From: an uncultured Sangeribacter sp.
GTDB taxonomy: Bacteria > Bacteroidota > Bacteroidia > Bacteroidales > Muribaculaceae
NCBI GenBank assembly: GCA_964418705.1
Contig: CAYQMV010000002.1
Coordinates: 9,743 to 73,742, forward strand
Length of the DNA stretch: 64,000 bases
Reading direction: 5' to 3'
The notes beneath the pieces are model-generated. The model was not told the DNA's origin and did no database searches. It was given only the letters and a program-made list of their open reading frames with translations. Shown piece by piece: positions 62,341 to 64,000 of this stretch. Each line of letters starts with the position of its first letter. The stretch's first letter is position 1. A program made the translations under genes and the position numbers.

Positions 62341-63633
62341 ATGATGACTCGATTATTCGAATGGCTTGATGCTTCCACCAGCAATTTCATGGCGGCATCC
62401 ACAATAAAGAAAGAACTTGCGAAAGCCGGGTTCCAAGCCCTTGACATGGCGGAGGAATGGCGGCTGATCCCCGGAGGGAAATATTATGTTGAGAAGAACG
62501 GCACCGCGGTGTTCGCGTTCGTGTGCGGCACGAAGAGTCCCGCCGACGCCGGCTTCCATATCATAGCGTCGCACAGCGACAGCCCTTGTTTCAAAATCAA
62601 ACCCAAAGCTGAGATGCTATGCGAGGGTGGTTTGCTGAAACTCAACGTGGAGAAATATGGCGGCGGCATCCTATACACATGGTTCGACCGTCCGTTGTCG
62701 TTCTCGGGCAGGGTGATGCTCCGCGGCGAAAATCCGCTGCGTCCCGTGCAGCGTGTGGTGGATTATAAGAAGTCCATCGCCACCATCCCCCATCTCGCCA
62801 TTCATTTCAACCGCGCCGTCAACGAGGGTAATCCCTTATCCATGCAGAAGGATATGCTTCCTGTGGTTGGACGCTTCACCGCGGAGGAGATTGCGGAGAT
62901 GAGGGAGAAGGGTGGTTTTGTGAAGATGATTCTCGCCGAGCACCTCGGAGTGGCTCCGGAGGATATTCTTGACTATGAGCTTTCGCTCTATCCTGTGGAG
63001 AAAGCGGGCTACGTGGGCTACCACAATGAGTTGTTCCAATCCGGACGTATCGACGACCTCTCCATGGCGTTCGCGTCGTTGGAGGCGTTGCTCGACAAAT
63101 GCGACGTGGCGAGCGAAGCCACGCGTGTGGTGGCGGTGTTCGACAATGAGGAGACCGGCTCCGGCACCAAGCAGGGGGCACATTCACCGATTCTCGCCAA
63201 CATTTTCCGCCGTCTGAGCGGCGACGGGGAGGCGTATATCCGCGCTGTGGCTAAATCGTTCATGATCTCCGCCGACGACGCCCACGGATGGCACCCCAAT
63301 TATAATGAGAAATATGACCCCACCAACCATGCCTTGATAGGGGAGGGCCCCGCCATAAAAATCAACGCCAACTGCAAGTATATGAGCGACGCCCAAGGCT
63401 CCGCCGTGTTCCGCACACTCTGTGAGAACGCCGGAGTGAAATATCAATACTTTGTCAACCACAGTGACGTGGCGGGAGGAAGCACCCTCGGCAATATCCT
63501 CACGGCGCAGATGGAACTCTCCGGAGTGGATATAGGAAATCCTATATGGGCGATGCATTCGGCGCGCGAGACAGCCTCGGTGGACGACCATATCGCTATC
63601 GTCAAAGTGTTTGAATATTTTTTTGGTTTGTAG
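62341..63633 (+). CDS. M18-family aminopeptidase
   Basis: Contains the IIASHSDSPCFKIKP block, DNEE.GS and further metal-ligand regions typical of M18/M42 enzymes. Confidence 0.85.
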   Translation: MMTRLFEWLDASTSNFMAASTIKKELAKAGFQALDMAEEWRLIPGGKYYVEKNGTAVFAFVCGTKSPADAGFHIIASHSDSPCFKIKPKAEMLCEGGLLKLNVEKYGGGILYTWFDRPLSFSGRVMLRGENPLRPVQRVVDYKKSIATIPHLAIHFNRAVNEGNPLSMQKDMLPVVGRFTAEEIAEMREKGGFVKMILAEHLGVAPEDILDYELSLYPVEKAGYVGYHNELFQSGRIDDLSMAFASLEALLDKCDVASEATRVVAVFDNEETGSGTKQGAHSPILANIFRRLSGDGEAYIRAVAKSFMISADDAHGWHPNYNEKYDPTNHALIGEGPAIKINANCKYMSDAQGSAVFRTLCENAGVKYQYFVNHSDVAGGSTLGNILTAQMELSGVDIGNPIWAMHSARETASVDDHIAIVKVFEYFFGL

Positions 63634-63649
63634 AGTCGGAAAAAATCGT

Positions 63650-63657
63650 TAACTTTG
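63650..63657 (+). promoter_or_regulatory. Candidate -7 box TAACTTTG for tig
   Basis: Exact TAnnTTTG match, 60 nt upstream of the ATG at 63717. Confidence 0.5.
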
Positions 63658-63716
63658 CAGCCGTAATTAAAATGGCCTTAATCAGGCTCCACTAAGACAC
63701 TTAATAAAACCATATA

Positions 63717-64000
63717 ATGAACGTAGAATTTAATAAGCTCGACAATGTGAATGGTGTGATCACCATTGTGGCGCAAGAGCAAGATTTTAAAGCCAATATT
63801 GAGAAGCAAATCAAACAGCTTTGCAAGACTCGCGAGTTCCCCGGATTCCGTGCCGGCCACGCTCCCAAATCTATGGTAATAAAGAAGTATGGTCAAGCTG
63901 TGCGCTACGACGTGATTGATAAGACAATCAGCGAAGAGCTTTTCAACTTCATCAAGAAAGAGGAACTCAAAGTGTTGGGTCAACCCGTGGCTGACTCCGA
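63717..64000 (+). CDS. tig: Trigger factor, N-terminal part; the gene runs off the right edge
   Basis: Manual translation gives MNVEFNKLDNVNGVITIVAQEQDFKANIEKQIKQLCKTREFPGFRAGHAPKSMVIKKYGQAVRYDVIDKTISEELFNFIKKEELKVLGQP. The GFR.G..P ribosome-binding signature is present. Confidence 0.8.
   Translation, partial: MNVEFNKLDNVNGVITIVAQEQDFKANIEKQIKQLCKTREFPGFRAGHAPKSMVIKKYGQAVRYDVIDKTISEELFNFIKKEELKVLGQPVADS

Overview
This window looks like a Bacteroidales-type chromosome segment. The evidence is many TAnnTTTG -7 promoter boxes, two SusC/SusD pairs, numerous lipobox lipoproteins and two proteins ending in T9SS-type C-terminal sorting domains. GC is roughly 50-55% judged by eye; nothing here was computed.

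Gene content from left to right:
- tilS 5' end, then a Fur/PerR-like regulator with a reverse-type rubrerythrin.
- A large hypothetical gene and a thioredoxin lipoprotein.
- A lipoprotein / TonB-dependent receptor / DUF4249-like operon.
- A 1.3 kb AT-rich islet carrying a C5-cytosine DNA methyltransferase translationally coupled to a 116-aa unknown ORF.
- An AAA-ATPase/PD-(D/E)xK-type protein.
- A ParA plus small RHH-like gene pair with TACTAAT/ATTAGTA iterons.
- A ROK kinase / GH29 fucosidase / CutC / transglutaminase-like operon.
- A roughly 27 kb beta-mannan/glucomannan utilisation locus (18.2-44.9 kb). It holds GH36, ManA, an AraC regulator, GH5, two acetylesterases, a GH5 mannanase, SusC/SusD, two IPT-type surface proteins, GH26, GH94 and the GH26-GH130-symporter-epimerase block.
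- An HD hydrolase.
- Housekeeping genes at the right end: YidE/YbjL-type transporter, phosphohexomutase, PHP tyrosine phosphatase, M18 aminopeptidase and the tig 5' end.

The most unusual region is 45.6-57 kb. Two 424-aa paralogs with T9SS sorting domains each carry two copies of an uncharacterised module of about 170 aa. One paralog sits directly upstream of a SusC/SusD pair that has no CAZyme or regulator. The lipoprotein downstream of that pair carries a fifth copy of the same module.

A second recurring oddity is short AT-rich tandem arrays (2-4 units of 14-24 bp) that abut or overlap the start codons of at least seven genes.

I saw no rRNA, tRNA, CRISPR array, transposase or integrase. 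All family assignments rest on motifs I recognised by eye and need HMM or BLAST confirmation.
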